Part shown: piece after piece, positions 53,239 through 64,000 of the stretch
How positions within the stretch are numbered: the stretch's first letter is position 1
Layout of the letters: each line of letters starts with the position of its first letter
Assembly: GCA_048013815.1 (NCBI GenBank)
Contig: CM106585.1
Location: 868,001 to 932,000, forward strand
DNA from: Setoptus koraiensis
Taxonomy: Eukaryota; Animalia; Arthropoda
DNA: 64,000 nt
Reading direction: 5' to 3'
Notes under the pieces: model-generated
What the model was told of the DNA's origin: nothing
Database searches by the model: none
The model's input: the letters and a program-made list of their open reading frames with translations, nothing else
Program-made: the position numbers and the translations under genes

Positions 53239-53599
53239 TGTAACCAGTATAACTTGTTTGTGCGCGGTCGTGGGTATTACAACTGTAACACTAAATTTAG
53301 TTAGATGCTTTAGCTAGAGGGCGCTGATGCAGAACATAGATCGCACATCTTACAAAGTTCTCACTCTGGTCCGTTCGAAGCGACTTCTGCAGAAAAAATT
53401 TAGAGCTGCGTTAAACAGCGTAAACGAGCGCAGAACATTTCAGTATGGTGGCCGTTTCCACGCGGCCACCCGATAGTACTAGCGTCACGATACATAGTCA
53501 CAGTACTGTAATTGGTGCGGGTAGTACACACTATAGATTGTGGACCGAGTGCAAATTCTTCGCAAAATAGAATTGTTACATCATTACTTCTAGCATTAT

Positions 53600-53725
53600 T
53601 ATCATATCATTGTTGTTATTATTATTATTATTATTATCTATTATATTTATTAGCATCATTATTGTTATATTATTATATTACTATTATTATTATTATTATC
53701 TCGATCATTATTATTATTATTAATA
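53600..53725 (+). repeat. Degenerate (TAT)n microsatellite, probably in a 5'UTR intron of Pur-alpha
   Basis: Direct reading. An acceptor-like ATTCACATTTCAG ends at 54046, two bases before the Pur-alpha ATG. Confidence 0.8.
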
Positions 53726-54048
53726 TTTCCATTACAGTTTGCTTATCGAGATCTGTGTTACTCTATACACCGATATTGATTGATTATCATCACACAGTGG
53801 GCATAACTTGGTGCATTCACAAGCGATCGATTCAATTATGTCATTTCGATGCGACTAACCTTTCACAGGAAGCCTCATTTGGTGATTTACTCAACATTGT
53901 CATTATTCCCATGTTATCAATCATATCCTACAACTATTACATCTTGCGTATCAGCTCAGTACAGTTCATTATCAGAGTCTTGAACAATCATATTTCAACG
54001 TCAAGACAAAAACAACTTATTCTTGTATAACAAATTCACATTTCAGAC

Positions 54049-54933
54049 ATGTCTGATCGTGATGGAACTGACCAAGAAGCGAGCTCAGAAGGCAGCGGCA
54101 CCGGTCCTTCAAGAAGTCAACATGCTGAACATCGAAATACTTCATCCCATGAAGTAGAATTGGCAACAAGATTAGTGCGAATACAAAACAAAAGATTCTA
54201 TCTAGATGTGAAGCAAAACAAGAGGGGTAGATTCATCAAGATAGCTGAGGTAGGTGTAGCTGGGAGAAAATCCAAGGTTGTACTACTTCTAGAGACCGCT
54301 GTAGAGTTTAGGAATCATTTAGCAGCATTTAGTGAATATTATGCCTCTCTTGGACCTATCGACCAAGATCAAACACATCAAAATGAAAAGCTGAAGACAG
54401 AGAGTATCGTCAAAGATAGCCGACTTTATTATTTAGATTTAAAGGAAAATAGCCGCGGACGTTACTTGCGAGTGACACAAATTGTTTCTCGCGGACCTGG
54501 AATAAGGACACAGATTGCAATACCCGCTCAGGGTCTTATAGAATTTAGAGACACTATATCTGATTTATTAATCGAATTCATGCCCTTTGGTCACTCAACT
54601 CAGTATCAGCCACAAGACACTGGGGATGATTCCTCCGCTATTGCCAATAAGAACCAACGTTTTGAACCACGATTGCCTGAGGCTTGTCACATGAGAGTTG
54701 ATAATAAAAAATTCTTTTTCGACATAGGGCAAAATAGCTTGGGCATTTATATGCGAATCTCTGAAGTTAGAGCGACTACAAGGTCCACCCTCACCATTCC
54801 TGAAAAATCATGGACTCGATTTAGAGATACATTCAATGAATGTTTAGAAAAAATGGATAAAGTTAGATTATCAAAGCCACAAGACCATCAAGTTGCTACT
54901 GTAACACAGAAGATTAAACCCGAGCAGCAATAG
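54049..54933 (+). CDS. PURA: Transcriptional activator Pur-alpha (three PUR repeats), intronless CDS, 294 aa
   Basis: [32 protein letters not shown]; [18 protein letters not shown]; [24 protein letters not shown]. Confidence 0.96.
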   Translation: MSDRDGTDQEASSEGSGTGPSRSQHAEHRNTSSHEVELATRLVRIQNKRFYLDVKQNKRGRFIKIAEVGVAGRKSKVVLLLETAVEFRNHLAAFSEYYASLGPIDQDQTHQNEKLKTESIVKDSRLYYLDLKENSRGRYLRVTQIVSRGPGIRTQIAIPAQGLIEFRDTISDLLIEFMPFGHSTQYQPQDTGDDSSAIANKNQRFEPRLPEACHMRVDNKKFFFDIGQNSLGIYMRISEVRATTRSTLTIPEKSWTRFRDTFNECLEKMDKVRLSKPQDHQVATVTQKIKPEQQ

Positions 54934-55496
54934 TAACTTGGTATCTTACAACTTGTTATGGAATGATAATAATTTGAATTTACCATTAGGATATGTAGCA
55001 ATCAACCAGTTTAGCAGCGAAAATACCCAAGTTCGAGGTCAGTGGTGGAGGCTGAGCTGAATAATACTAACTAGGATAAATTGGAAAAAGAACTCTTCGA
55101 AGTATGTGTGAATTTCTAGTTCATTGCACTCTATCAGCGTATAACTTTCTTGCCAGTTTATCGGCAGTTTGATACTGACTTGTGAGGCGATTGCTGAGCA
55201 GCAATATGTCTTTCTCAGTTACTATACACTATAAATGTCGCACATATTCGATATTGAATTGAAACACATGCATGTTGAACGAGAAGTAACACTAAGATGC
55301 AATGAAAATCTACCAGACTTTGAACTGTACGAATCCCGTGATAATCAACCAATGTGTTATCCGTGTTGGCGTCTATCTTCTACTATATTTACTGTGCAAT
55401 TCGAACGAATTTCCCTTGAACTATGGCTGAATGTATCGGCAGATTTCCACCTAGTACAGGACCCACGTCCAATATTGAGCAGCAGCCCAATACACA

Positions 55497-55641
55497 TTGG
55501 TGGTATAAGAAGATACTCTTATCAGGTAATTAGTGAGGAAAAATGATGCATGGTTCTATCTGGTTTGTTGTAGTCGGCCTCGAAAATTACATGCAAACTA
55601 GCAAGTACATAGACTGGATTGTGCCAAGAATGTTGCTATGA
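55497..55641 (+). pseudogene. Redundant copy of the serine protease 3' tail
   Basis: Homologous to 51743-51938. The donor is mutated (GTAAGT to GTAATT) and 50 bp including the last acceptor is deleted. Confidence 0.88.
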
Positions 55642-55720
55642 ACCGACTCACTTAAGCTGAAACAGAATCCAAAGACATTTACAACAAACAATGTGAACTT
55701 TTAATATCAATGTCAAACAA

Positions 55721-58066
55721 TCAGCGAGGAACAGTTTGATGTCGTGTTGAACTACCCAATTCGAAATCCCTTTCCTGGTTAGTCGGATTTAGAGATGTCG
55801 TCATACTTGAGTCATTGTCTAGATGAGTATATAGTTTGTATTTGTGTCCTTCGAGGCGACCGAAAAATTCCGTTCGAGACCTACTCCGATAGGCCATATC
55901 ATAAAGAGATGACCAGGTTTGCATGAGGGTCAACCCGGATTTGTAATGAATTAACAATTCTGGATTCAATGACTCTGTATTGGTTGGAATTAGTTGATTT
56001 GTACTTTTCAGCTTCTTTGCTGGCGGATCTTCGGTAGGGCTAGAACTATTAAGATCTGCATTCTTAGACTTATTGGAGCGTTTCCCACCCTTAGTGTCCT
56101 TCTTATCGGTAACATGTTTTTTATCTGAGGTTCTACACTCCATCAGACATTCAAGAATACTCTCATGCTCTGGAGTGGTACTGTTCACGCGGATGAAATA
56201 TTCCAATTCATTCCACAACAGCTTGTAAATATTATTCAATTTTGATTGGTTACTCCGTGATGGACCTGATGTTGATCTGGTGAGTGAAGATATTGTTGGT
56301 GCACTGAGCGCGATTCCTTCATTCTCCATGTTGAGAATCTCGTAGATATTCTTTTTGCATTCCAAGACGTTCTCCATTATAAGATTATCCTTCGGAACAC
56401 AGGCTAACAGCCGAGCCACTTGAGGTTGCATATTGTACAATATAGTATGGCCTGATGTTAATGGCCAGTAGAGTGTCTGTTTCTTGATAGGATTGAGCGA
56501 TTTGTGTAGTGGATAAATTGTTTCTTTGCGAGCTCCCTCAAGAACCTTGCATGTTGTTAGTGTGTTGCGCTTGATAAAATCATTGAAATCAGAATCTCTA
56601 TAATCTTGTACTTTTCCTCCTACACCATCTAATATTGATGGAGGATCGTCAAAGTTGAGTTTGTGATTAGCGGTGGACAGTGTGTGAATGTAAAGCTCAC
56701 CGTTATGGCTGGCCAACATATGTGAGGTCATTCGAGAACTTTTCGATTTGTATATTTCTAACATAACAGCCCGACCATTGAGCAAGAAATTAGTAAGGCA
56801 CGACGATGGTCTCGAATTAACGTCAACCGAAGTGATCCTTGAAGTGTTAATACAATGATACAGTTCTACATTATTTGTTCTGGGAGTACACCATCGAAGT
56901 GTATAGGATTTATAGGGGAAACCGTGACGGTATTTTTCGTTCACTACTCCCTCGAAGATAGGGTTCCCACTTTTAGTCAAATCATCGTGAGCGGACGAAC
57001 AATGCATAATTTCCACGTCATAGTTCGAAGATGAACTAGCATTTTGCTCCTCTTTCATAGGTATACCAGTTATAGTGGTGGATCGAAGATTGTAGTGTTG
57101 AAGACAAAAGTTACTCAACATTCCAGTAAAGAAACGACCAGATTTTACTGAGGATACCTGATAGCTCAATTTTTCATCTACGTATGTGAGCGCAACTTCT
57201 TTTATTCGCGATGTTTGGCCTTGGTCGTCGAGTGGGAAGGTATTGATGATAAGTACCTCACAATGTTTGATAGGTGCTTGATTGGCAGCACTAGATTGGG
57301 TATTGGTTGCTTTGCTCGAGCCTGGCGTTTCTTGAACCATAGATTCGTATTTGGAGTGAACTAGTTCTTTAGCATAATTAATTATATTCTGTATGCTCGA
57401 TTCCTGTTGGAATGACGAGACAAGCACAATGCGACCCTCATTAGACTGCAAATAGTTATTGGAATATTTTCGATTTTTGGACGAGGCTCTTTTTTGTTGG
57501 ACGGAATTCAGTGTGCATAAAAGCTCGAACGCTTTGACGAGCGCATCTCGTAGGTTTTCACCATTCGAATTAGGATACTGCGATACGTCAATAGTGTGAA
57601 GTAGAGGTTCATGCCTCTGGTAGGTTTGATGTTCACTCTTTGCCAATGATTTCATCAGATGATTCAGGTTCTGTTGATCGTCTGACCAATCACAGATAAC
57701 TTCAGCCACATTGTGACTATGTGTCGATGTTTTCTTAATATCCGAGAACGATGATATAATGGCTATGGATCGTTCACCGCTGGGGAAAAGATCCCACACA
57801 AGACGTGAATATTCAACTACAGCCTCTATGGTGCAGGTCCAAAGAGATTTCTCGAATGGTTTAATTCTATGATTTTCGTGCTTATTCGAATGATGTTGTC
57901 CCTTCTGATGTTGGTCCTTGCTCGAACAATCGACACTAATACTGTGATGGCTGGATACATCTGAGAAATAGCTTTCTCTGTCGACGACAAAAACAGTCTT
58001 TCCGCTGAGTGTCATGCGTCCACTTTTGAGTGAATCTAGATTATCGTTTGAGGCCATTACAATCAT
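55721..58066 (-). CDS. INTS13: Integrator complex subunit 13 (asunder), intronless, 781 aa
   Basis: KTVFVVD...KSLWTCTIEAVVEYSRLVWDLFP; YDVEIMH; LRWCTPRTNNVELYHC...VDVNSRPSSCLTNFLLNGRAVMLE; HMLASHNGELYIHTL are recognised asunder/INTS13 motifs. Confidence 0.95.
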   Translation of the reverse strand: MIVMASNDNLDSLKSGRMTLSGKTVFVVDRESYFSDVSSHHSISVDCSSKDQHQKGQHHSNKHENHRIKPFEKSLWTCTIEAVVEYSRLVWDLFPSGERSIAIISSFSDIKKTSTHSHNVAEVICDWSDDQQNLNHLMKSLAKSEHQTYQRHEPLLHTIDVSQYPNSNGENLRDALVKAFELLCTLNSVQQKRASSKNRKYSNNYLQSNEGRIVLVSSFQQESSIQNIINYAKELVHSKYESMVQETPGSSKATNTQSSAANQAPIKHCEVLIINTFPLDDQGQTSRIKEVALTYVDEKLSYQVSSVKSGRFFTGMLSNFCLQHYNLRSTTITGIPMKEEQNASSSSNYDVEIMHCSSAHDDLTKSGNPIFEGVVNEKYRHGFPYKSYTLRWCTPRTNNVELYHCINTSRITSVDVNSRPSSCLTNFLLNGRAVMLEIYKSKSSRMTSHMLASHNGELYIHTLSTANHKLNFDDPPSILDGVGGKVQDYRDSDFNDFIKRNTLTTCKVLEGARKETIYPLHKSLNPIKKQTLYWPLTSGHTILYNMQPQVARLLACVPKDNLIMENVLECKKNIYEILNMENEGIALSAPTISSLTRSTSGPSRSNQSKLNNIYKLLWNELEYFIRVNSTTPEHESILECLMECRTSDKKHVTDKKDTKGGKRSNKSKNADLNSSSPTEDPPAKKLKSTNQLIPTNTESLNPELLIHYKSGLTLMQTWSSLYDMAYRSRSRTEFFGRLEGHKYKLYTHLDNDSSMTTSLNPTNQERDFELGSSTRHQTVPR

Positions 58067-59896
58067 ACAGACACGGATTTAAAGAATATTAATTCATCGG
58101 CAAGAATAATAAATATATTAGATATAAATACAAAATAACAATGAAATCCATACAGAGAAAAATGAAGCATCTCTACAATGAGATTTTGTAAGCTCATCAC
58201 AGGAACATATGATTGAGCAAATACAAACATGTGGACGTGCTAAACTGCAGTTTAAGAGTGCGCAACTGCCTGTCAGTAACTGCATTATTTGAGGAGCCAA
58301 CGAAGTCGTGTGAATACAACAAATTGGGGTCATACTAAACCATACCTAAGACTGATTGATCCAGACTTCAACTTTTGTGGTGCAAACACATGATACCATT
58401 AGCTGGCCGTCAATTCAAAGGTATTTATGTAGAGTTATAGAGCTGGATGGGATAGAACAGTCGTTTAGAATATACAGACATAGACATTGTGAGTTGATTC
58501 AATATTTCGCAATATGGTGTAACACGAGCACACACATTCAGCTATGGCTCGTGGTGTTTATCTGCTCTCGCCAACTGACACTACTTCCTATGTGTTAGAA
58601 GTTCGAACCTGGAACTTCAAAGTTGGAGCCTAGAACAGTATCGCGAATGCTCTTTGCAAAAGATCGATGTGCCTGTTTTGCAATGGTATAGCCGCTGCAA
58701 TGGGATACATCGGAGAGAAGTGAAGAGAGGGAGAGAAGTTTGAGTAGTGCGAAGGAGTAACGACAACAACAATTTGAGGGATTAGCAGAGGCCAGCATGA
58801 GGGCGAATAAGATAGTAGCAGAGATAGTAGTTGTGTGGCGAATAATGATTATGATAGTCTATTCAAAAGTGACATTGTGTAAATAATACCATCGGAGTAG
58901 TGTAAAAAGGCAGTAAAAAAGCAGACAAACTGTCGCTTTTGTTGGCCCAGCTGTAGGCATTGGAGAGACGGCTTGGGCGGCGCTGGCGAGGTATCGTTTG
59001 TGACACGGCAATAGATGCGTATCTGTCATTGGATTTGCTTAACTCTCTCAATTGACTATGACTTCTTTTCCACCCAGTTCGCATACTGCGGCTGCTGTTG
59101 GCGAATATCCATTTATTTGTATTTATATTTATCTGCTAGTAGCAGATATATAGCACACAGAGACTCACACAATGAGCAAATTGTTCTCTCACATTGTCGT
59201 TATATATGAACGCGTCCCTTCGCGATGGCAGCCGGGTCAACAGCAGCGATGAGACAAAACACATGTGTGTGTGCGGCACAAGATCGACAACAAATGTGTG
59301 ATGATGTAAGAGCTGGCGTGATGTGATTGGCCGACAAGTCGATTCGTCGTTGTCGTTTGTCGGGTAGTCGACAGCGACTCCACTCCACTAGACGAACACA
59401 CAGCAATCCAATTCAGCGGCGAGGTTCGCGCGCGCCTACCATACTAACCATCTTCTGGCTGACACCACAGCGCTAGGTGTCGTTGTGTTCGCATGGAGGC
59501 CGGGAGTGGGCTCCGCTTACCAACATGCTCATGCCCATTGCCATAGCGCCCACGTTCCCCTGAGTTTACTGCAAGTTTTGCGGCGGCGCTACTTGGCGCT
59601 CATGTTCTCGAACGGTGCTCGTGTGGATGTGAGGCGACACACACACACAGCTAGTGCCCCAACAACTAGGCTGCACTAAAGAGACGGTGCCTTGGTGTGG
59701 GGCAAAATGCCAATGAGAATGCCCACACACTATTGGGGCCGCTCGCATTCGGAGCAAAGACACTTCCCATGGCTACGTGTGTTTGCCTGTGTGTGTGTGT
59801 CGAATTCGAATCGTATGCTGCGCCGTTGCTCATGAGCGAGACTGTCTGTGTGTCGAATGTTCGCTTGTATTTGTGTATAATGCGCCACGACTCACA

Positions 59897-59942
<46 letters not shown>

Positions 59943-60265
59943 ACGTAACAGAATATTACATACTGCATATAAATGAGAGTGTGTGTGTGCGTGTGCTTTA
60001 TATCATCGTGGACACATCGGATATAAAGCTCGGTCCGACGTACCTCCGATGCAAACGTTGCTGCTTTACCATAGCTGTGTAGTATAGTGGCTGGCACCAA
60101 CGGTGGGCGAAGAACAGTAAAAATTGTCAAGATCCGAAGATACTGTTCCTGTCGTTATGTTGGCCATTTAACCAACAACAACAACAGCTATAGACGATAT
60201 AGTGCTATTGGGCCTAAGCGCGAGCACATGGGCGCATGGCTTGAAAGTCACCTTGAGTAAGCATA

Positions 60266-60378
<113 letters not shown>

Positions 60379-61428
60379 GACGCCAACAACAACGACAATC
60401 TCTATATCCATCGTGGTGAGATGGGGAAACAGCAGCAGCATCACCACCTCCAACAACAGCGGCAGTATATTTCTCTTCCTTAAATAATATATTATTATTA
60501 TTATTACTATTACTACTGCTACTATCTCTATTAATATTACATCCAACATCTATTATTTAACTACTCATGCGAAATATTATTACATCAACAAGCATTTACT
60601 AGAACTGTTTGTATAAATATCATCATCATCAACATCATCATTGCTACTGATTATCACTGCTGTACACCTAACCTTTTACTACTATTATCCGATGTATTGA
60701 TGTTATCGTCATCATTCTATAAGATCACCATCATAATCTTTGTCGTCGAAGCTCTCTCTGTCTCTTTAGCTCTCTCTCTATTCTATGTAATGTATCACCA
60801 TCTATTACATACAACGGAAAAACACCAACAGCAGTATAATAACAAACAGTTACTCTCACAATCATCTGTGTGCGTGTGTGTGCGCTGAACGCTTTACGAT
60901 AGAACCAATTGGGCCAAGCAAAACAATTTCTATATACAGAAAATTTTTCATATCACACAAATCTATTTATTAATTAATTAGCTAATCCAAAACAGGAAAC
61001 CTTTGCAGATATTTTGATGTATTTAGCACGCGTAAACCATACACATTGATTGAGTCAACTATTGATCAATTGAGAGCCAGTTAACATGGCAAGCGAATGG
61101 GCATGCAGTTATCGTATTGTATCCACCTTGATGTCTGAAATATTTTGGATGTAAACACAATTGAAAACTGGAATCTTTATCTTTTTTACTCTACGCATTA
61201 GTCAGGACACCAAAGAGATCAGGATTGAGCGGCAACAATAAATGAGAGCCTTACGAGAATGCCTCCAATCATGTTGACTATTAACACCATGTCTATAATA
61301 AAATGAATTTACAAAATGAACCATTATCATTAGCATAATCCTCGTATTCACATACAGACACGCATAGACATCCACAAGCAAACACAGACACATTTATACA
61401 TATATATATTTGTTTATATATATGTAAT

Positions 61429-64000
61429 ATGGGTGCCGGTTGCTCATCTCCAATCAGAAAGTTTGGCAAAAAGGGCAAACGTAAATGTTCTGAGCCATAT
61501 GGCACCGATAATCTATTGCACGGAGGAAACGCCAACACAAATTTGGGTAACAGTGAACAAAAGGCTTCGGATAGCTCACCACATAGTACACAAAATGATA
61601 AATCTCCCTCTTTTTGCACTCAGCAAGACAAACAAAATGAAGACACTAAGATTAGCGAACAATCGCTGAGTCCAGCCCCACCAAGCGGGGGCAGGTCTGG
61701 TTGCGGTGGTGGGCCCGCAAATCTTGGCGAAGGAAGAAACTTATTATACTCTCCTACAGCCCTATCACCTGCCCCTTCAACATGCCATTCTCCCTCCCCT
61801 GCTACCACCCCCGACCTCGCTGATATCACAGAGAGCATACGGGCAATGCTCTTTGCCACCAGCGAAACAAACAAAACCGAATTAGTCAACAGTTTAATAG
61901 ATTATGTCACAGTAATAATTGTTACGTCGGATAGAATGGAACCGTCAAATATATCGCAATCTGTTTTCAATCAAGTAGAACCTCATCTTAGGACTCTGTG
62001 CGCGGAACATGATTTCGGTCTGAAATGGCTAGATCTGAGTCGTGCGCATTTGATCGAATCCATTTTCAGCAACAATCTGATAGATATTGTTAACACTTTA
62101 CTGACACTAGAATACGAGCGAAACAATAACCGTCTATTGTTACTAATGATATCTGAGGAAGAACCTTCCATAGAGCCCATGTTGCCAAGTAGCTTTGATG
62201 AACAACAATTTGAAAACTTGAGAAACACTCTTAAAGATACTAGTATGTTCGAGAAGTGGTACGCAAATCAAGTCATTAATGGTAAACAAATGTACAGTAA
62301 AAAAAACATAAATACTGTCCTACCTGATATTGTTGCCAGAGACTCACCGGAGGCGAGAACGGAAGCTCTAGATTTATGGTATTCCGAATGTAGCTCCATT
62401 ATTTCTGATATCATGAATTCATCAGACGACGAATGTCACGCCTACCTAGATTCCATCTTAGAAACTGTGACAAAATTTATACTAGATAGGCCTATTTTAC
62501 AGAAGAAAACATTTCTTATAAAATCTTCAAGCAAACATCAGGCCAAAACGAAACAACAATTGGGTCGAGGTTTAGAGGCAGTCAATAATCTGACGAGGGT
62601 CCTGTCAGATCCAAATAAATTAATTATCAAAAAAATGTTATCCGTTGATGACTATAGTAGTACAGTTTGTGACTGGATTCAAGACAATCTAGTGAAGTCA
62701 TTGGAGAATATCCTGGAAGACATGACATCAATTGCAAGACCTATTTTATCTATTGAGAGATCTGTTTGCATGGAACTTATACAACAACGTCAGATCTACA
62801 ATGATACATTAGAGTCTTCGATCACTCATTTCGAGGATTATAGCAAACGAATTTTTGACGAGCTCATATTGAAGCCAGTTACTCAACCAGAGTTAAAAGT
62901 GCTTAATTCTACTCATGAACTATGTGCGCCACTATTTATCTGTGGTTCTCAAGGTTGCGGTAAATCTACGATTATGTCAAATTTGATCAAAAGATGTTAT
63001 CAAGAATTCTCGGCCAACTCACACATAGTCTATAGATTCTGTGGTAGCACTCTAGACTCTTTAACAGAGCATCGTGTACTCAGAAGTATATGCGAACAAT
63101 TTTGTCAACAACACGGTGAACACATATCAGCCGCTTCAAGAATTTATAGCAATCGAAAAGAGACATTGAATATTTTATCTAGAATTCTACGATCGGCTCA
63201 AATAAGTATGCTTTTACTCGACGGAATAGATCAGCTAGACCGTCTATCACCTGTTACTCTGGATTGGTTATCAGAGTTCGAGTTGAGCCCAAGACATCGA
63301 ATCATAATCACATTAACTAATAACTCAAACCTTTATAGAAGTTTGCTCAAACTATATCCGCCATCTTGCTTTTATGATTTGGAAGAACCCACGGAGAAGT
63401 ACTGTCGCTCCGTAACAGAGCTCACATTTACAAAAGCCTTCCATGAGAGATACCATGGACTTCAAAAGTCAGCTCCAAGTATCGACACTAACTCAAGCTC
63501 TTATTTCGGCCCCACTAGCGGGCCCTACTCGTATATACACGCGTACAATACTGGTCATTTGTTACTCATGGACTTGAGCCAAGAGACAACTAAACAAACT
63601 AGTGATGAAAGACATTCGAATGTTATCCTAGCGATTTTATCCCAACTGGAGATATTCGTCAGTCCATATATACTGTCCTTTTTGCTCGTCGCATTAGATT
63701 CGTCACGATACGGTATTTTGGAGCATGATATTATTCAGTTGATGGCTTCAAATGACAACATTTTGAAAACTTTCTATTCCAATCGAAGTAGCAATGATTC
63801 AAAATCCACTGCTGCTTTATGGTCTTATCTGAGGTATCAACTTGAGCCATGGTTGGTATATCTCATATGTGATAAAAATATTAGAATCTCGATCAAACGA
63901 GAATTTTCCAAGTTAGCTATTCAGTTATACGCAAAACGAAAGTTCGGTAATATTGTAGAAGAAGTTCGAAGGTTTCTTTTGGGCTATTTCAGCAGACCTC
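61429..64000 (+). CDS. NACHT-domain protein, NWD1/NWD2-like (STAND ATPase), intronless over at least 857 codons, continues beyond the window
   Basis: Hand translation shows no stop from ATG 61429 to 64000. The N-terminal domain resembles NWD (EPHLRTLCAEHDFGLKWLDL; LPSSFDEQQFENL...FEKWY). Walker A GSQGCGKS at 62944-62967, YRFCGST, LRSICEQ, Walker B LLLDGIDQL at 63211-63237. WD40 repeats are not within the window. Confidence 0.88.
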   Translation, partial: MGAGCSSPIRKFGKKGKRKCSEPYGTDNLLHGGNANTNLGNSEQKASDSSPHSTQNDKSPSFCTQQDKQNEDTKISEQSLSPAPPSGGRSGCGGGPANLGEGRNLLYSPTALSPAPSTCHSPSPATTPDLADITESIRAMLFATSETNKTELVNSLIDYVTVIIVTSDRMEPSNISQSVFNQVEPHLRTLCAEHDFGLKWLDLSRAHLIESIFSNNLIDIVNTLLTLEYERNNNRLLLLMISEEEPSIEPMLPSSFDEQQFENLRNTLKDTSMFEKWYANQVINGKQMYSKKNINTVLPDIVARDSPEARTEALDLWYSECSSIISDIMNSSDDECHAYLDSILETVTKFILDRPILQKKTFLIKSSSKHQAKTKQQLGRGLEAVNNLTRVLSDPNKLIIKKMLSVDDYSSTVCDWIQDNLVKSLENILEDMTSIARPILSIERSVCMELIQQRQIYNDTLESSITHFEDYSKRIFDELILKPVTQPELKVLNSTHELCAPLFICGSQGCGKSTIMSNLIKRCYQEFSANSHIVYRFCGSTLDSLTEHRVLRSICEQFCQQHGEHISAASRIYSNRKETLNILSRILRSAQISMLLLDGIDQLDRLSPVTLDWLSEFELSPRHRIIITLTNNSNLYRSLLKLYPPSCFYDLEEPTEKYCRSVTELTFTKAFHERYHGLQKSAPSIDTNSSSYFGPTSGPYSYIHAYNTGHLLLMDLSQETTKQTSDERHSNVILAILSQLEIFVSPYILSFLLVALDSSRYGILEHDIIQLMASNDNILKTFYSNRSSNDSKSTAALWSYLRYQLEPWLVYLICDKNIRISIKREFSKLAIQLYAKRKFGNIVEEVRRFLLGYFSRP

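Noticed and set aside
53512-54030. 172-aa hydrophobic ORF upstream of Pur-alpha
   Set aside because: Tyr/Ile/Leu runs come from the (TAT)n microsatellite, the start is non-ATG, and it is probably a UTR intron.
55235-55546. 103-aa ORF reading across the insert junction into the protease tail
   Set aside because: No domain or signal peptide; the last ~15 codons are pseudogene and intron sequence, so it is likely incidental.

Overview
Eukaryotic (animal) genomic DNA, most likely an arthropod with a compact genome. An acariform mite, possibly eriophyoid-like, is inferred from the gene set, 37-254 bp introns and intronless conserved genes, but this is not proven. No prokaryotic features, CRISPR arrays, rRNA or tRNA genes were found. 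The window has three compartments. (1) About 1-41.3 kb is a microsatellite/minisatellite-saturated gene desert with no recognisable conserved exon and a few higher-complexity islands that look like decayed coding or TE sequence. (2) About 41.3-58.1 kb is an AT-richer, gene-dense, rearranged block. It holds an NWD/NACHT pseudogene fragment, an orphan nAChR alpha exon 1, a shattered receptor guanylyl cyclase pseudogene, a mariner-type MITE, a small secreted orphan gene, a 6-exon CerS1-like ceramide synthase, a 4-exon S1A serine protease, a deletion-riddled INTS13 copy, intronless Pur-alpha and intact intronless INTS13/asunder. (3) About 58.1-64 kb is an SSR-rich spacer followed by a long intronless NACHT (NWD-like) ORF that runs off the window and is absent from the supplied ORF track. 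The main structural signal is two gene-bearing inserts flanked by long direct duplications of the host locus. Pur-alpha sits between two copies of a ~2.17 kb protease-tail/INTS13 segment, and the secreted orphan gene sits between 65-bp direct repeats inside the guanylyl cyclase. Redundant copies are being lost by microhomology-type deletions. All alignments were done by eye, and no database searches were possible.
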